A stretch of 63,128 nucleotides of DNA, counting the filler, from Stramenopiles sp. TOSAG23-6 (Eukaryota): NCBI GenBank assembly GCA_900128565.1. It is 47 parts of 47 records of this genome, joined end to end, with 100 filler letters (N's around TTAATTAATTAA, not from the genome) between each part and the next. Parts side by side here need not be neighbours in the genome. Positions count along the whole stretch, not along the records: positions 61,897 to 63,128 come from LT639433.1; 46 more parts are not named here. One strand, given 5' to 3'. The translations under genes were made by a program, and so were the position numbers. The notes below the pieces were generated by a model. It was given only the letters and a program-made list of their open reading frames with translations. It was not told the origin of the DNA and ran no database searches. Positions 61,896 to 63,128 of the stretch are shown piece after piece. Numbering within the stretch: the stretch's first letter is position 1; every line of letters starts with the position of its first letter.

Positions 61896-63128
61896 NTTTT
61901 TTTGGAAAAAATTTTTAAAATTTTTTTTTTTTTTTTTTTTGGTTAGTAAAAAAAAAAAAAAAAATTTTAGTTTAGGTACAAAATTTACTACGAAAAAAAA
62001 AATTTTTTTTTTGAAATTTTGAAATTTTGAAAAAAAAATGAAACATACATACCATCTCGATTTGCAATTTGTCGTCCATGACGAAAATTTGGATTAGGGT
62101 TAGGGTTGTTCTGTATCATTTCTTTGTTTGCCTTGTAATTTTGTGAATTTTTATTTTTTTTTATCGTTTCATAATTTTGATAATTTTGATACTTTTGATA
62201 TGTTGTAGAGTTAGGGTTAGGGTTTTTACAAATGATTGTGTTATAATATCCTTCACTAGAAGGACCAATCATTCCGTCTTTTCCTGCTGCTTTCATAGGT
62301 TTTATAGTAGTAGAAGATTTTGAAGAATTCATATGAATTTGAATGGGTTTTGTTCTTGAAATCACTTCATTTTTTATGATTTCATGTTTTGATTTCGGTT
62401 GAACTGAAAAATTTATCAAATTGACATGTACTTGTAGGAAATATATTTAAATTTTTTTTTTCTTTTTTTTTTTTTTTTTTTTTGGGAAAAAATTTTCTTT
62501 TAAAAAAAAAAATTTTTTTTTTTAAAAGAAAATTTTTTCCCAAAAAAAAAAAAAAAAAAAAAGAAAAAAAAAATTTAAATATATTTCCTACAAGTACATG
62601 TCAATTTGATAAATTTTTCAGTTCAACCGAAATCAAAACATGAAATCATAAAAAATGAAGTGATTTCAAGAACAAAACCCATTCAAATTCATATGAATTC
62701 TTCAAAATCTTCTACTACTATAAAACCTATGAAAGCAGCAGGAAAAGACGGAATGATTGGTCCTTCTAGTGAAGGATATTATAACACAATCATTTGTAAA
62801 AACCCTAACCCTAACTCTACAACATATCAAAAGTATCAAAATTATCAAAATTATGAAACGATAAAAAAAAATAAAAATTCACAAAATTACAAGGCAAACA
62901 AAGAAATGATACAGAACAACCCTAACCCTAATCCAAATTTTCGTCATGGACGACAAATTGCAAATCGAGATGGTATGTATGTTTCATTTTTTTTTCAAAA
63001 TTTCAAAATTTCAAAAAAAAAATTTTTTTTTTCGTAGTAAATTTTGTACCTAAACTAAAATTTTTTTTTTTTTTTTTACTAACCAAAAAAAAAAAAAAAA
63101 AAAATTTTAAAAATTTTTTCCAAAAAAA
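61896..63128. other. Fold-back (inverted duplication) contig containing one exon flanked by family introns
   Basis: Identical 143-aa ORFs at 61988-62419 (-) and 62606-63037 (+). Confidence 0.9.

Noticed and set aside
61896-63128. Large perfect inverted repeat
   Set aside because: Whole-contig fold-back centred on homopolymers, typical of an MDA or assembly chimera.

Overview
This window is not one locus. It is about 47 short (~1.2 kb) unlinked contigs of an AT-rich microbial eukaryote, joined by an artificial N44-TTAATTAATTAA-N44 spacer. A terminal fold-back and scattered frameshifts suggest a low-coverage or MDA single-cell assembly. TTAGGG repeats and the gene content fit a heterotrophic protist, possibly a stramenopile (inference only). 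Recognisable gene fragments include Rpb12, OHCU decarboxylase, IP3R/RyR-type channel, Misato, INPP5, DD3-3, STAG/Scc3, galactokinase, class-III aminotransferase, PIG-O/G, RCC1, dynein IC, DNA2, RPAP3, Nup98-like, lipin, L-type lectin and tRNA-Lys(UUU). The main signal is one stereotyped family of ~93-187 nt introns in most multi-exon genes: RTAYGT(T)n ... GTACGAAATTTTGTACCTAAC ... AATATTTTTCCAAAATAC-NN. Reading-frame restoration indicates they mostly do not end in AG. Of 36 introns checked by hand at both ends, 29 end in AT, 4 in AG and one each in AC, AA and CT. The terminal dinucleotide repeats the last two bases of the upstream exon in 25 of 36, including all three rare ones. Donors are GT (29), AT (5), GA (1) and GC (1). 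This suggests an introner-like family with 2-nt target duplications, removed by splicing machinery that has relaxed the 3' AG rule. No transcript evidence is available here.
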